A stretch of DNA of 64,000 nt from Candidatus Tectimicrobiota bacterium (GTDB lineage: Bacteria > JACPUC01), in assembly GCA_016192455.1 (NCBI GenBank), contig JACPUC010000007.1, forward strand, positions 194,720-258,719, read 5' to 3'. The position numbers and the translations under genes were made by a program. Below the pieces are notes generated by a model. The model was not told where the DNA came from. It searched no databases and saw only the letters and a list, made by a program, of their open reading frames with translations. Shown here one piece after another: positions 28,301 through 37,903 of the stretch (its first letter is position 1; every line of letters begins with the position of its first letter).

Positions 28301-30364
28301 GGCCCCGAGGGCGCTCGTCAGCACGGGAAGCCCCGCGGCCATTGCTTCCAGCGCCGCGATGCAGGAGGTCTCCTCGAAATGGTTCGGGTAGGCGAAGAGG
28401 CTCGCCTGCTGCAGCGCCTGACTAAGCGTCTCCTGGTCGACGCTGCCGAAGAGCGTCACCCCCGGCTGCTGCGCCTGGGCATAGAGCGGGCCGAACTGCT
28501 CCTGCTCCAGCCGCGGATCGAGCTGGTAGACCGCCATGCTGCTGTACACGTGCAGCGTCGCCTCGGGCGCCGCCGCTCTGATGCGGGGAAAGCAGGTAAG
28601 CAAGACATCGAGGCCCCGAAAGGGGGTGCTCGTGTAGATGAGGCGGGCCTCGTGGCGCTGCGCCGGGTTGTGCGTGAAGCGCTCCGTATTGATGCCGTTG
28701 CGGCTGACGCAGAGCTTCTTGCGGGGGAAGGCGAAGCGCTCCATGAAGGTCTCGGCCTGCCAGTAGCTGACCGTCCAGAGGCCGTCGATGCGCTCTTGCA
28801 CTTGCGGGTCCCGCAGCGCCTGCACGTGCGGCTGGTCGCAGGCGTCACCGGTCCAGAAGCAGCGCACCCGGGCGGGCACATCCGCGGCAAAGGGCTCGAG
28901 GGTGCGCACCGCAATGAAGATGTCGAGACCGCCGCGCTTGAAGTGCTCGAAGATCTCCTCGCGTCGCTGGTAGGTGACGCCATCGTAGACGCCCGGCCGA
29001 TCACAGTTGTTGAAGACGAAGACCTCATAGCCGCGCTGCGCCAGCTCGCACGCCAGGGAGATGAGCGCCGTCTCCATGCCCCCCAGGGGCTGGTTGCGCA
29101 GGGTATCGCCGTTGAACGTCAGGCCGTTGTTAAAGAAGGTGATCGTAGGCCGCGCCGCGAGGGCGCCGACGGGGCTGGGACTCCTGGGTCCTTCGTCCGC
29201 CGCCGGTCCCAGCGCCGCGAGGAGCTCCTGGGCCGGGGTGAAGCTCGGATCGAGGCGCAGGGCGCACCGCGCGGCGGCGCGGGCGGCCTCGACCTCTCCC
29301 ATGCGGCGCAGGATGGCGGCGACGTTGTAGTGGCCGAGGGGACGCTGCGGGTGCGCCGTGGTCGCCCGCGTGTAGGTCTGGATCGCCGCCCCATACTCCT
29401 GCGCGGCGGCGAGATTCGCCCCGAGGTTGCAGAGGGCGCCGAAGTGCTCCGGCACCAGCTCGAGGGCGCGCTGGTAGGCGCTGTTCGCCGCCTCGCGCTC
29501 GCCCAGGGCGCCCAGCGCCACGCCGAGGTTGAAATGCCCCTCGGGGTCAGCGGGAGCCAGTGCCGCGGCCCGCCGGAGCGCCGCCGCCGCGCCCTGGGCA
29601 TCCCGCAGCTCGAGGAGCTGCTTGCCGAGGTCGAGGTGGGCCCGCGGGTCGTTCGCCTCCTCCTCCTGCTTCTTCGTTCCCAGGCGGCGGTAGAGCTCCG
29701 CCTTGCGTCGCAGGTAGCGCGGGGCGCGCACCTTGCCGTAATGGTGCAGGGGGAGGTCGGTGATCCCGATCGTCCAGCCCAGCGCCAGGATGGACGGCTC
29801 GACGACTTCGTGGACGCGGCCCGTGAAGCGCACCTCCGGGGCGCGCCGGAAGAGGCGCACAAGCGGGTTCTCGAGGTAGCCGGGGTACCCACGACCCTCC
29901 GCGTAGTCGCTCGAGTTCGGCAGCCAGTGCTCGCTGGTGCGCTCCAGGGAGTAGGTGCGCTGGACGAGGCGGTAGGCCTCGATGACGGGATGCGCGAGGA
30001 GGCCGCGGAGGCGCGCGAGGTCCCGTCCGGCGATCACTTCATCGGCATCGAGGACGAGAATCCAGTCGCCCCGCGCCTGCTCGAGGGAGACGTTGCGGGC
30101 GGCGGCGAAGTCGTCCTGCCAGGGCAGCTCGAGGAGCACGCCTCCCAGGCGCTGGGTGAAGGCCCGGGCGATGTCGCGCGTGCCGTCGCGGGAGCCGGTA
30201 TCGACGACAATCAGCTCATCCACGATCGCCGCCACGCTCTCCAGGCAGACCGGCAGGTAGGCCTCCTCATCGCGCACGATCATGCACAGGGAGAGCCGCG
30301 GCGCCCCCGATGCCGAGCCGAGCGCACCGCGGCCTTCCTCGTCGGGGCGGTTCTCCTTGCTCAT
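25328..30364 (-). CDS. Giant GT2-TPR-GT4-TPR-GT4-TPR glycosyltransferase (1678 aa)
   Basis: GT2 (LSLCMIVRDEE..VDTGSRD..LDADE); two GT-B domains (GGMETAL..YTSTPFRGL..ETSCIAALEAMAAG; GGAESSL..YTSRPSRGL..ETFCNAVLEAQAAG); TPRs. Confidence 0.88.
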   Translation of the reverse strand: MSKENRPDEEGRGALGSASGAPRLSLCMIVRDEEAYLPVCLESVAAIVDELIVVDTGSRDGTRDIARAFTQRLGGVLLELPWQDDFAAARNVSLEQARGDWILVLDADEVIAGRDLARLRGLLAHPVIEAYRLVQRTYSLERTSEHWLPNSSDYAEGRGYPGYLENPLVRLFRRAPEVRFTGRVHEVVEPSILALGWTIGITDLPLHHYGKVRAPRYLRRKAELYRRLGTKKQEEEANDPRAHLDLGKQLLELRDAQGAAAALRRAAALAPADPEGHFNLGVALGALGEREAANSAYQRALELVPEHFGALCNLGANLAAAQEYGAAIQTYTRATTAHPQRPLGHYNVAAILRRMGEVEAARAAARCALRLDPSFTPAQELLAALGPAADEGPRSPSPVGALAARPTITFFNNGLTFNGDTLRNQPLGGMETALISLACELAQRGYEVFVFNNCDRPGVYDGVTYQRREEIFEHFKRGGLDIFIAVRTLEPFAADVPARVRCFWTGDACDQPHVQALRDPQVQERIDGLWTVSYWQAETFMERFAFPRKKLCVSRNGINTERFTHNPAQRHEARLIYTSTPFRGLDVLLTCFPRIRAAAPEATLHVYSSMAVYQLDPRLEQEQFGPLYAQAQQPGVTLFGSVDQETLSQALQQASLFAYPNHFEETSCIAALEAMAAGLPVLTSALGALPETVGEGGIFIHGDARSAAYQDAFVEHAVSLLRQPSRRQRFGSAGRRKVLTWHDWRRIATEWDATLQQLLSNARPRASGRGETAAAPHQPASSAPPENAAQRAYEQALQHVEHGERDAALVRLHEALRLATTHAPAHTLLGRLLLEEGRTGDAEHCFRKALAQQPDLVEASLNLAVCAQRQGDWLSAWRKLMATAAAHPERLDILQMLVELGITLEAYQAVALLLRQALRHHEGNAELAYLRALCLQRLGDEEAALQACELALRWDERHGEAAELVARLRLRGGDAGGEGTLLRRQRDVEAAVRAIEEEPASAPLRRQLGHALEAAGRWEEALTAYRAAVGLDLIYWTAYEDYGRLMRQLGRDPGRVDEEIVFYTHGVFDGASLEQRGLGGAESSLIHLARELAARGRRVAVYTHAAGGRTIDGVTYRNVTDFYLTSYFAEWPSLIAVRRLEPFKWGVRARLALLFNCDDVRSEFLCNEDLHDLGIDYFVTKSADHAASWAEHFSIPPEQIWVTKNGIRPQEFEERPPRQRYKLLYTSRPSRGLALLLAWWPLLRKACPKLELHVFTYTTAASLAEDAEVQALAAGLAQPGIIVQGTVRKVELYRELASARLLVYPCTWPETFCNAVLEAQAAGTPVVTSTRGALPETVGEAGRLIPGEPASDAFRDAFLAATLELIEDDAAWARLSECGWQRSRCRYQWRDIAAAWERKLAVLDRQVVRDRCAAAVARNIKAAVAGSDRELATALVAALPPGLAEHWHLRAPEGAAYGASMIASAVKLPQVSEGVQPAQRSAACRELASLLLEGGDVEAAQELCEQAVRADASAWQAWHLFGKVLHARGDMPAAARLFRQALARQRGCSDAWRDLALALHRLGHGEEAWEALCCAWSINPQDAEVVAMLLRSAGTAARRKDLTVKLREVFAAGKGEETHHAALAQLCLARGSREEARQHWEEVLMSNPLHRDALAGLRSLEQSKAPPTAGCAAGTGKP

Positions 30365-33297
30365 CGGATCACCTTTTCCCGCACTCCGCTGGCGACCGTC
30401 GTGGGCGCTCCTTCCCCGGCTCGTCGGGAGGCGGGGGTGTCGGGTGCGCCCGCGGCGAGGGCCGCGGCCTCCGCGGAAGGTGGATCGGTCGCCGGCGATC
30501 GCCCGGCGCGCACCCTGCTCAGCCGCCGGCGGACGTCCTGATCATGGGGAGCGAGCGCCAGCAGACGCTCGTAGCAGGTGGCAGCGGTGCGCAGGTCACC
30601 GCTTTGTTCGGCGAGGATGCCGAGGTTCGCCAGGGCGTCCCCATGCGCCGGTTCGAGGCGCAACACCTGGGCGAAGATCTCGCCGGCCGCTCCGAGGTTG
30701 CCCTCCTGCCAGCGGACCATGCCGAGGTTGTTCATGGCGGTGGGATGGCGCGGATTGATGGCGAGGGCCTGTTCGAAGTGGTGCGCCGCCCGCCCTACGT
30801 CGCCGTCGAGGAAGAGGGACTGCCCGTACTGCGTTTGCAGGTCGGCGTCGCGCGGCGCCGCGGCGAGGGCGCGCTCGAGGTAGAGACGGGCGCGACGCGG
30901 CTCCTGCTGCTTCAGGAAGAGCTGGCCGAGCGCGGCGAGCGCCCAGGCATCCTGGGGCTGCTGCGCCAAGATCGCCTCTAGGGTGCCCTGGAGTGCCGTG
31001 AGGTCACCTGCCTCTGCCTGCCGCTGCGCCTGCAGCCGCAGCTCCTCGAGGGTCGATGGAGAGGGACGACGCGCCCGCCGGTGGCCGTTCGCTGCCTCCG
31101 CGGTCCGCCGCCGCGCTGCTCGGCCTGGCGCCGCCCGCAGCGACCGGAGACGTTCGAGGACGAAGCGGGCCGAGCGCTCCCAACTGAGCTGGGAGAGAAC
31201 GTGGGCGCGCGCCGCGGCTCCCTTCCGCCGGCGCTCCTCGTCGTTTCGGTACACCCGACGCAGGATCTCGGTGAGCGCCTCGACATCCGGCTCGAGCAGC
31301 CACGCGGGGCGCACCGTCGGCTCGCGGAGGTCGAGCGTGCGCCGGCTCGTTGGGATGAAGTAGGACCCGGCGTCGGTGCAGAAATCATCGCAGGCCCCGC
31401 CGCGGCTCACGAGGACAGGGAGGCCGCTGGCCATCGCCTCCGCCACGGGCAGACCGAACCCCTCGCCGCGGTAAGGGTGCACGAGACAGTCGCAGGAGGC
31501 GTAGAGTCGCGCCACCTCCGCCTCGCTGAGGGTGCTCCCCAGGTACAGGATTTCCGGCGCGCCCGCATCGGCTTGCAGCGCCTCGATGCTCGGCCCGGCC
31601 CCCTGGCCGCGGTAGAAGCTCTCCTGCCCGAAGTCCTTGATGACGAGGCAGACGTCATCCTGGCGGCTGAAGGCCGCGGCATACGCCTCGAGGAGGAGAT
31701 CGATCCCCTTGCGGTGGATGGCCCCGCCGACGAAGAGGAACTTCACCCGTTTGCGCGTCGCCTGAGCGACGGCGGGGAGCGGCTCCTGGTTGGGGTGGAA
31801 CCGGCTATGATCCACGCCGAGCGGAATGACATGCACGCGGGACGGTTCGAGGCCGTCTTCAAGGTAGCAGGCGCGGTTATGCCTCGAATAGACCCACACC
31901 TCGTCCACCCTTGCAAGGGGCTCCTGCCAGCTTCGTAGCATGCTGCCGAACTCCCAGGGCTGCATGAGCACCCAGGCGCCGCGGGCGGGGCGCTCGAAGC
32001 TCGGCGGCCACTGGTGGCGCACATGGAGGTGGGCGGGGCCGCTGAGCCCGCGGCGCATGGCCTCGGCGAGGAGACCTTCGCGCTCGGGATCGCGGCGCGC
32101 ATCGAACTCGTGCGGCTCGTAGGGAAGAATCTGCAGCTCGCACTCGCCGGTGCGCTGGAGCGCCGCGCAGAGACGCCGGTTCACGAGGGCCAGGCTGTGG
32201 TCGACGAACTGCGTCCCTTCCCAGATGAGGCGCAGCGGTTCGCCCCGCCGGTCTCCGGCGGGAGCGCCGCCACGCCGAGCGGGTGCGGAAGCTGGCCGTT
32301 CCTCAGGCCGCAGCAGGCCACGGAGATCCTGCCGCGCGGCCTCGAGGTCAAGCCGGCGGAGGAGCGAGGCGCGCCCGGCCTGACCGATGGCCCGCGCCTG
32401 CTCGGCGGCCGCGAGGATGTCGCCGGCCCGCGCCCGCAGCATGCCCACATCGTTGCTCGCGAAGCAGTTCACCCCGTCTTTGAGGCCGGCCCCGGCGAAC
32501 GTCAGGCAGAGGGTCGGCGTTCCCGTCAGGCGCGCTTCCCACCACTGGTAGGTCGGCGCGCTGTTCATGCCGCGAGCCGGCAGATGGAGGAGCGCGGCGT
32601 ACGCCTGAAGGGCCGCAGTCCAATCTTTCCAGGAGCGCGGCCGGCGCGCGTTTGGGACATCGGGGAAGTCTCCGAGCAAGAAGTGCGGCGTCGGCCCAAG
32701 GGCGTGCCGGCGCACGGCGTCGCGCTGCTCAATGCCGTCATGCCTTGCATCGCCCGCGTAGAGGATCGCCGCCACGCCGCCGCGATGCGGCGTGTAGCGC
32801 TCCGGCAGGAGCGGCGGCATGGTGAGGAAGACGTGCCGCGCCTCGGGGAACCGCTGGTAGCCGTAGGCCGTCCCCTGCTCCCGCAGGTGCACGAAAGTGG
32901 CGCCCCGCAGCCGCGGGCGGAGACTGGCAAGGGCGGCGGCTTGCTGCGCGTCCTCCAGGAGCTCGTCAAACCCCGACCACGGCAGGATGAAGGCGCCCCG
33001 CTGCGGCATGGGCAGGGTGCGCAGCGCCGTCGGGGTGCCGAAGAGCACGACTTCATAGGAACCGGCCTTGATCGCCTCGGCGGCCGTCTTCGGCTCGATG
33101 CCGGCAAGGCGCCCCGCAGCTCCGTTGAGGCTCTCTCCACGCGCCGCTGTCACCTCTTGGGCGGAGGGCTCTCCGACAGTGGGGACAAAGAGCGGATCGC
33201 CCGAGCAGTTCACCGCCTCGACGCAGTCCCACAACGGAGCCAGAATCTCGCCGAGGGGGAAGTAGAGGTCGCAGAAGAGAGCGCGGCGTTCACGCAC
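30361..33297 (-). CDS. Glycosyltransferase: degenerate GT-B-like N-domain + GT4 + TPR
   Basis: GT4 motifs FLFVGGAIHRKGIDLL..HPYRGEGFGLPVAEAMASG; N-part WEARLTGTP..DGVNCF..IGQAGR; C-terminal TPRs. Start set at GTG 33297 because the longer ORF overlaps the upstream gene. Confidence 0.8.
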   Translation of the reverse strand: MRERRALFCDLYFPLGEILAPLWDCVEAVNCSGDPLFVPTVGEPSAQEVTAARGESLNGAAGRLAGIEPKTAAEAIKAGSYEVVLFGTPTALRTLPMPQRGAFILPWSGFDELLEDAQQAAALASLRPRLRGATFVHLREQGTAYGYQRFPEARHVFLTMPPLLPERYTPHRGGVAAILYAGDARHDGIEQRDAVRRHALGPTPHFLLGDFPDVPNARRPRSWKDWTAALQAYAALLHLPARGMNSAPTYQWWEARLTGTPTLCLTFAGAGLKDGVNCFASNDVGMLRARAGDILAAAEQARAIGQAGRASLLRRLDLEAARQDLRGLLRPEERPASAPARRGGAPAGDRRGEPLRLIWEGTQFVDHSLALVNRRLCAALQRTGECELQILPYEPHEFDARRDPEREGLLAEAMRRGLSGPAHLHVRHQWPPSFERPARGAWVLMQPWEFGSMLRSWQEPLARVDEVWVYSRHNRACYLEDGLEPSRVHVIPLGVDHSRFHPNQEPLPAVAQATRKRVKFLFVGGAIHRKGIDLLLEAYAAAFSRQDDVCLVIKDFGQESFYRGQGAGPSIEALQADAGAPEILYLGSTLSEAEVARLYASCDCLVHPYRGEGFGLPVAEAMASGLPVLVSRGGACDDFCTDAGSYFIPTSRRTLDLREPTVRPAWLLEPDVEALTEILRRVYRNDEERRRKGAAARAHVLSQLSWERSARFVLERLRSLRAAPGRAARRRTAEAANGHRRARRPSPSTLEELRLQAQRQAEAGDLTALQGTLEAILAQQPQDAWALAALGQLFLKQQEPRRARLYLERALAAAPRDADLQTQYGQSLFLDGDVGRAAHHFEQALAINPRHPTAMNNLGMVRWQEGNLGAAGEIFAQVLRLEPAHGDALANLGILAEQSGDLRTAATCYERLLALAPHDQDVRRRLSRVRAGRSPATDPPSAEAAALAAGAPDTPASRRAGEGAPTTVASGVREKVIR

Positions 33298-33364
33298 GAA
33301 GGAGGTCCCCCTTGCAGCCCTGAGGTCCAGCGCGGCTTGGGCTGCGTACTTATGAGACTCACGG

Positions 33365-34831
33365 CTAGGCCGCGGCGCGCGCCCGCAGCCCCTTGAAATC
33401 GAGCAGGTGGCCGACGACCGGCCTGACGCCGCGCAGGAGGTAGCGCACGTCATCGACGGTGCGCACCTTGCTGAGCTTGCGCGCCAGGAAGCGGACATCG
33501 AGGAAGCCGCGGTAGAGCCCGCGGCACATCGCCATCACCTCATCGGGCGTCATATCGGGGGTAACGAAGACCGGCTCCCGCATGTCGAGGCGCTCGTACT
33601 CGGTCGGCCCGATCCGCAGCCAGCCGTTCGCCACGGCGTCGCGAAAGAGCGGCGTCCCCGGGTAGGGCATCACCACGGTGGCCTGGAGCATCTCCGCGTA
33701 GCCTTCCGCCATGAGCTGCCGGGCCAGGGCCAGGGTGCGCTTGGCATCCTGGCGCGTCTCCCACGGGTAGCCCACCATGGTGGTGAGGTGGAGATCGAGG
33801 CCGGCCGCCTTGGCGATGCGGCAGCCCTCCCAAATCTGCTCCACGGTGATCCCCTTCTTCAGACGGTCGAGGGTTGCCTGGTTGGCCGATTCCAGGCCGA
33901 TCTTCATGAGCCGGAATCCAGCCCGCTTCATAAGCTCCGCGTTTCGTTCCGTCAGCAGGTCGAAGCGGAAGTTGAGGTCGAAGAGAATCTGCCGGTGCAG
34001 CCCTCTCTCGATGAGCCCCTCGCAGAAGGTGCGCAGCCAGCCGCCGGCGGGGAAGGTGCCGGTGTCATCGAAGACCTCGCGCACCCCGTAGCGGCTCACC
34101 AGCATCTCGATCTCATCAAGGAGGCTCTTGGGCGAGCGGCTGCGGAACTTCGGGAAGAGCGTGGTCCAGGAGCAGAAGGTGCAGGCGTTCTTGGCGCAGT
34201 CGCGGCCGACCATGGTGCGGATGAAGGGGGCGCGCTTGTAGAACTTCTCGCCATAGTTGAACCACTTCGTGAGGTCCCGGTCGATGAGGGGCAGGCTATC
34301 GAGGTCGTAGTCCTGCTCGAATCCGCCGCTGCTCTCGATCTCCCCCTGCCTGCGATGCCAGACGCCGGACGGCAGGGCGGCACGCCCTTGCAGGGCCTCG
34401 ACCAGCCCTTTCAGTTGGAAGTCGAAGTAGCCGCCGGTGATGACGAAGTCCACGGGCGAGGCCCGCAGCGATTCTTCCGGGAACGCCGTGACGTGGTCGC
34501 CCATGAGTACGAGGCGCGTCTCGGGGAGCTCCGCCTTCAGCCTGGCGATGATCCCCCAGTGCTGCTTCACCACCGGGGATTTCGTCTCCATGGCGACAAG
34601 CTGGGGGCGCACCTCGAGAACGTGGGCCATGAACTGGTCAAAGGACCAGCGCTCGGCCAGGCCGTCACTCCAGAGCACCTCATGGCCGGCATGCTTGAGG
34701 AGCGTCGCCGCGCTCGCGGGCACGACGGGGTAGAGGAAGGTGGGATTGTGGAACCACTGGAACTGGCGGTTCTGTCCCAAAAGCGGTGTCCCCTCCCCCT
34801 GCAGCGGGGGATAGGCGATCATGATCTTCAT
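33365..34831 (-). CDS. Cobalamin-binding radical SAM enzyme
   Basis: N-terminal B12-binding-type domain (LVAMETKSP..LVLMGDHVTAFPEE..DFVITG); GRDCAKNACTFC (CX4CX2C); IGLESANQATL; PYPGTPLF. Confidence 0.88.
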   Translation of the reverse strand: MKIMIAYPPLQGEGTPLLGQNRQFQWFHNPTFLYPVVPASAATLLKHAGHEVLWSDGLAERWSFDQFMAHVLEVRPQLVAMETKSPVVKQHWGIIARLKAELPETRLVLMGDHVTAFPEESLRASPVDFVITGGYFDFQLKGLVEALQGRAALPSGVWHRRQGEIESSGGFEQDYDLDSLPLIDRDLTKWFNYGEKFYKRAPFIRTMVGRDCAKNACTFCSWTTLFPKFRSRSPKSLLDEIEMLVSRYGVREVFDDTGTFPAGGWLRTFCEGLIERGLHRQILFDLNFRFDLLTERNAELMKRAGFRLMKIGLESANQATLDRLKKGITVEQIWEGCRIAKAAGLDLHLTTMVGYPWETRQDAKRTLALARQLMAEGYAEMLQATVVMPYPGTPLFRDAVANGWLRIGPTEYERLDMREPVFVTPDMTPDEVMAMCRGLYRGFLDVRFLARKLSKVRTVDDVRYLLRGVRPVVGHLLDFKGLRARAAA

Positions 34832-34962
34832 CGCGCACCTTTACCTTGTGATCCCGCGAACCTCCGCGTCCGGCGCGGGGAACGCCGCCGCGGCATCGCC
34901 GGGGGTTGCCTCGTGGTGGACGCACCCATTCAGGGTGACCCCGCGCACGCAGCCTGCCAGGG

Positions 34963-37755
34963 TTAAGCAAGGTCCTCGATTTCCGGCCGGGCCGGCGCCG
35001 GCGGGCTGGTCTCCCTTGCCGGCCGCGACTGCGCCGCCGCGCGACGTGGGCCGTCGAGGTGCTTCCGCCGGCGCTGGCGGGCGTCATCGAGGTCGCGCGC
35101 CAGCAAACCGCGCAGGAAGTAGAGGCCGTAGGTCCAATGCGTCGCCAGGCTGCCGGCCATCACCAACAGGGAGGACGAGAGGCTGAGGGTGCTCAGTCCC
35201 GTCAGCGCGGCGGCCGCGGCGTAGGCGGCGAGCATGCCGGCGTAGCCCCACCAGCCAACGGGGTGGACGAGCCCGGCGAGCCAGCCAAAGGCGCACGCCG
35301 CCGTGAACGCCGAGGGAAGGAAGTAGCCGGCGCGCCGGGAGGTTGCCGGGAAGCGCTTCACGAAGAAGCCCCGGTGCAGGGCATAGCGCCGCACCTGCCG
35401 AAGGTGCGCCCGGAAGAGCGCCCGGCGGTGATGGAAGACGACCGCATCGGGATCGTAGATGATGCGCTGCCCCAGCTCGTGGACGATGCGGCTGCAGAGG
35501 ACGGTATCCTCGCCGGGCCAGTAGTCGCACTGGCAGCCGCCGAGGGCCGCCAGGACGCCGGCGCGCACCAGGAGGTTGCAGGTAGGGAAGTCATCCACCT
35601 CTTGGTAGGTGCCAGGCAGGTAGCGGTAGCGGTAGGGCCCGCTCACCAGGCGCGAGGCGAAGAGGACGCCGCTGAGCCGCTGCCGGCGCGAGTCGCTGCT
35701 GGGGGTCACCCCCGGCCCGCCGACCGCCGCCACGTCGGCAAGCTGGAAGTTGCGCACCGCCATCCGCAACCAGTCGCGACGCGGGTAGGCATCGTCATCG
35801 AGGAAGGCGATGATCTCGCCGCGGGCGCTGCGCCACCCCTGGTCACGCTTGGCCGCCGGCGAGAGCGGCCCGGTGGGGATGATGCGCACGTTCGCCTGCG
35901 CCGTCGTTATCGGCTCATCCGGCAGGACGATGATCTCCACGTCCGGATAGTCAAGCTGGGCGCAGTGCCGCAGGCACTCCTCGAGGTACGGCGAGGCGCC
36001 CCCCGCGGCAATCACCACGGAGACCGACGGAGACGCCAGGAGGGGCAGACGCGGGCGCTCGTAGTAGCGCAGGTAGCGCAACCGATAGTAGATGCCAAGG
36101 GTGTCGAGGGCGGTGCGCAGCACATCCTGCATGCCGATGCGGCTGCGAGCCCGGGAGAAGTTCAGCTCGATGGGCGCCTCGGCGATGCGGTAGCCGAGCT
36201 GCCGGGCCACGACGAGCAGCTCGACGTCGAAGGCGTACTGCTTCTCGATCAGGCGCGGCAGCACGTCCTGGAGCACCTGCCGCTTGAAGAGCTTCAGCCC
36301 CGTCTGGGTATCGCGCACCGGCAGCCCGAAAAGCAGCTTCAGCACCGCCGCGTAGAGCGTGCTGAGGAGGCGGCGGCGCAGCGGGTAGTGGAGGCGTGAT
36401 TGCGGATGCCGCTTCGAGCCCACGACGATGTCGGCCCCCTCGCGCTCCATGGTGTCGAGAAGCCCGGCAATAAGCCGGGGGTGGAGCTCGAGATCGGCGT
36501 CGAGGAAGACGACGAGGTCGCCGCTCGCTGCCTGGCTCGCCCGCCGCAGGGCCATCCCCTTCCCCTGGTTCTCGCCGTTGCCCCAGACGTGGACGTTGTC
36601 CAGGTTGTGCGCCAAGAGCTCGGCCACCGCCTTGGTGTCGTCCTTGCTCCCGTCATCGGCCACGATGATCTCGAAGTCGCAGCCGAGGTCCCGCAGGACG
36701 CGCTCCGTCTCGCGGATATTGCTGAGGAGGTGGGCGCACTCGTTGTACGCCGGCATGAGGACGGAAATCTTGCGCCCAGGCCTGCCGGCGCGCGGGGGCG
36801 TCAGAGGCGACGGCCGGCCGGGAAGGCCGGTCCACCTCTCCTGGCCAGCCGCCACGGGCTGAGGCTGGAGAGACGCGCCCTCCTCGTGCCAGAGCTGACG
36901 GGCCCGCTCCACCATGCCGCGGCGAGCGTAACAGGCGGTGAGGCCATGCTTGGCGGCGGCATGGGCGGGCTCGATGTCGAGACAGGCGGTGAACGCTTCG
37001 CTGGCGGCCTCCAGGTTTCCAAGGCTGAAGAGCGCGGCGGCAAGGCTGTAACGGTACGCCGCGTTGCGGGGTTCGAGGGCCACCGCTTCCCGATATGCAG
37101 CCGCCGCTGCCTCCGCCGCGCCGTGCTCCGCTTCCAGGGCGCCGCGCAGGTGGTGCGCCAAAGCGTTGCGCGGCTCGAGCTCCGTGACCCGCCGCAGGTG
37201 CTCGAGCGCCGCCGCCGGCCGCCTCGTCTCCATGGAGAGGACGCCGAGGTTGAAGTGCGCATCAGCGGAGTTCGGCTGGAGCTGCAGCGCGCGGGCAAAA
37301 TGGTCCTCGGCTTTCCGCAGCTCCCCGACGAGTTGGCAGAGGACGCCGAGATCATTGGCGAGGGAGCAGTCATCAGGGTTGCGACGGCTGGCGCGCTCGA
37401 GATAGGCCCGGGCGCGTTCGAGGTCATGTTGGTGGTAGGCGATCTGCCCCAGGGCGCAGAGGAGCTCGGCATCCTCAGCTGCATCCTGGAGCAGCCCCTC
37501 ATAGAGCCGCGCCGCGGCCTTGAACTGAGCACGGTGCAGGTAGAGCTTCGCCAACACGCGCCGCACCTCGCGATCCGCGGGCTGCGTCGCAAGCGCCGCC
37601 TCGAGGTGCTCGCAGGCGTCGTGCACATCACCGCGCGCCATGGCATGCCACCCCAGGGCGAGGTGCGCCTCGCGGTGCTGCGGCTGGCGCTTCAAGATAC
37701 GTTTGGCGCGCTTCAGCTTGGCGTGGGAGAGAGCTTGACCCATTGCTTGCCCCAT
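34963..37755 (-). CDS. TPR + DPM1-like GT2 + second GT2 with C-terminal transmembrane helices
   Basis: TPR array; ISVLMPAYNE..ADDGSKD..GKG..FLDAD..DTQTGLKLF..FDVELL; second GT2 ..AFLDDDAYP..GED..; hydrophobic C-terminus. Start ATG 37755 or 37743, supported by a sigma54 site lying inside the longer track ORF. Confidence 0.82.
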   Translation of the reverse strand: MGQAMGQALSHAKLKRAKRILKRQPQHREAHLALGWHAMARGDVHDACEHLEAALATQPADREVRRVLAKLYLHRAQFKAAARLYEGLLQDAAEDAELLCALGQIAYHQHDLERARAYLERASRRNPDDCSLANDLGVLCQLVGELRKAEDHFARALQLQPNSADAHFNLGVLSMETRRPAAALEHLRRVTELEPRNALAHHLRGALEAEHGAAEAAAAAYREAVALEPRNAAYRYSLAAALFSLGNLEAASEAFTACLDIEPAHAAAKHGLTACYARRGMVERARQLWHEEGASLQPQPVAAGQERWTGLPGRPSPLTPPRAGRPGRKISVLMPAYNECAHLLSNIRETERVLRDLGCDFEIIVADDGSKDDTKAVAELLAHNLDNVHVWGNGENQGKGMALRRASQAASGDLVVFLDADLELHPRLIAGLLDTMEREGADIVVGSKRHPQSRLHYPLRRRLLSTLYAAVLKLLFGLPVRDTQTGLKLFKRQVLQDVLPRLIEKQYAFDVELLVVARQLGYRIAEAPIELNFSRARSRIGMQDVLRTALDTLGIYYRLRYLRYYERPRLPLLASPSVSVVIAAGGASPYLEECLRHCAQLDYPDVEIIVLPDEPITTAQANVRIIPTGPLSPAAKRDQGWRSARGEIIAFLDDDAYPRRDWLRMAVRNFQLADVAAVGGPGVTPSSDSRRQRLSGVLFASRLVSGPYRYRYLPGTYQEVDDFPTCNLLVRAGVLAALGGCQCDYWPGEDTVLCSRIVHELGQRIIYDPDAVVFHHRRALFRAHLRQVRRYALHRGFFVKRFPATSRRAGYFLPSAFTAACAFGWLAGLVHPVGWWGYAGMLAAYAAAAALTGLSTLSLSSSLLVMAGSLATHWTYGLYFLRGLLARDLDDARQRRRKHLDGPRRAAAQSRPARETSPPAPARPEIEDLA

Positions 37756-37903
37756 GTCGCGCTCGGCGTCCGCCGCGGCCGCAGCAGCCAGCGGGCGGGC
37801 GCGCCTCCTCCGTCCTCGGTCCGCGGGGCGCACGCTGGCGCGGCGGCGGCGTTGCGGCGCGCCAGCAGCAGCCCCCCGCGCGGACGGCTCCGCTCTGACG
37901 AAG

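Noticed and set aside
22874-30541. Very long plus-strand ORFs (e.g. 22874..25498, 27335..30541; also 531..2105, 36400..38721, 43395..45947, 59176..61083)
   Set aside because: Antisense shadows of clear genes; Arg/Ala/Gly-rich with no motifs, as expected in high-GC DNA.
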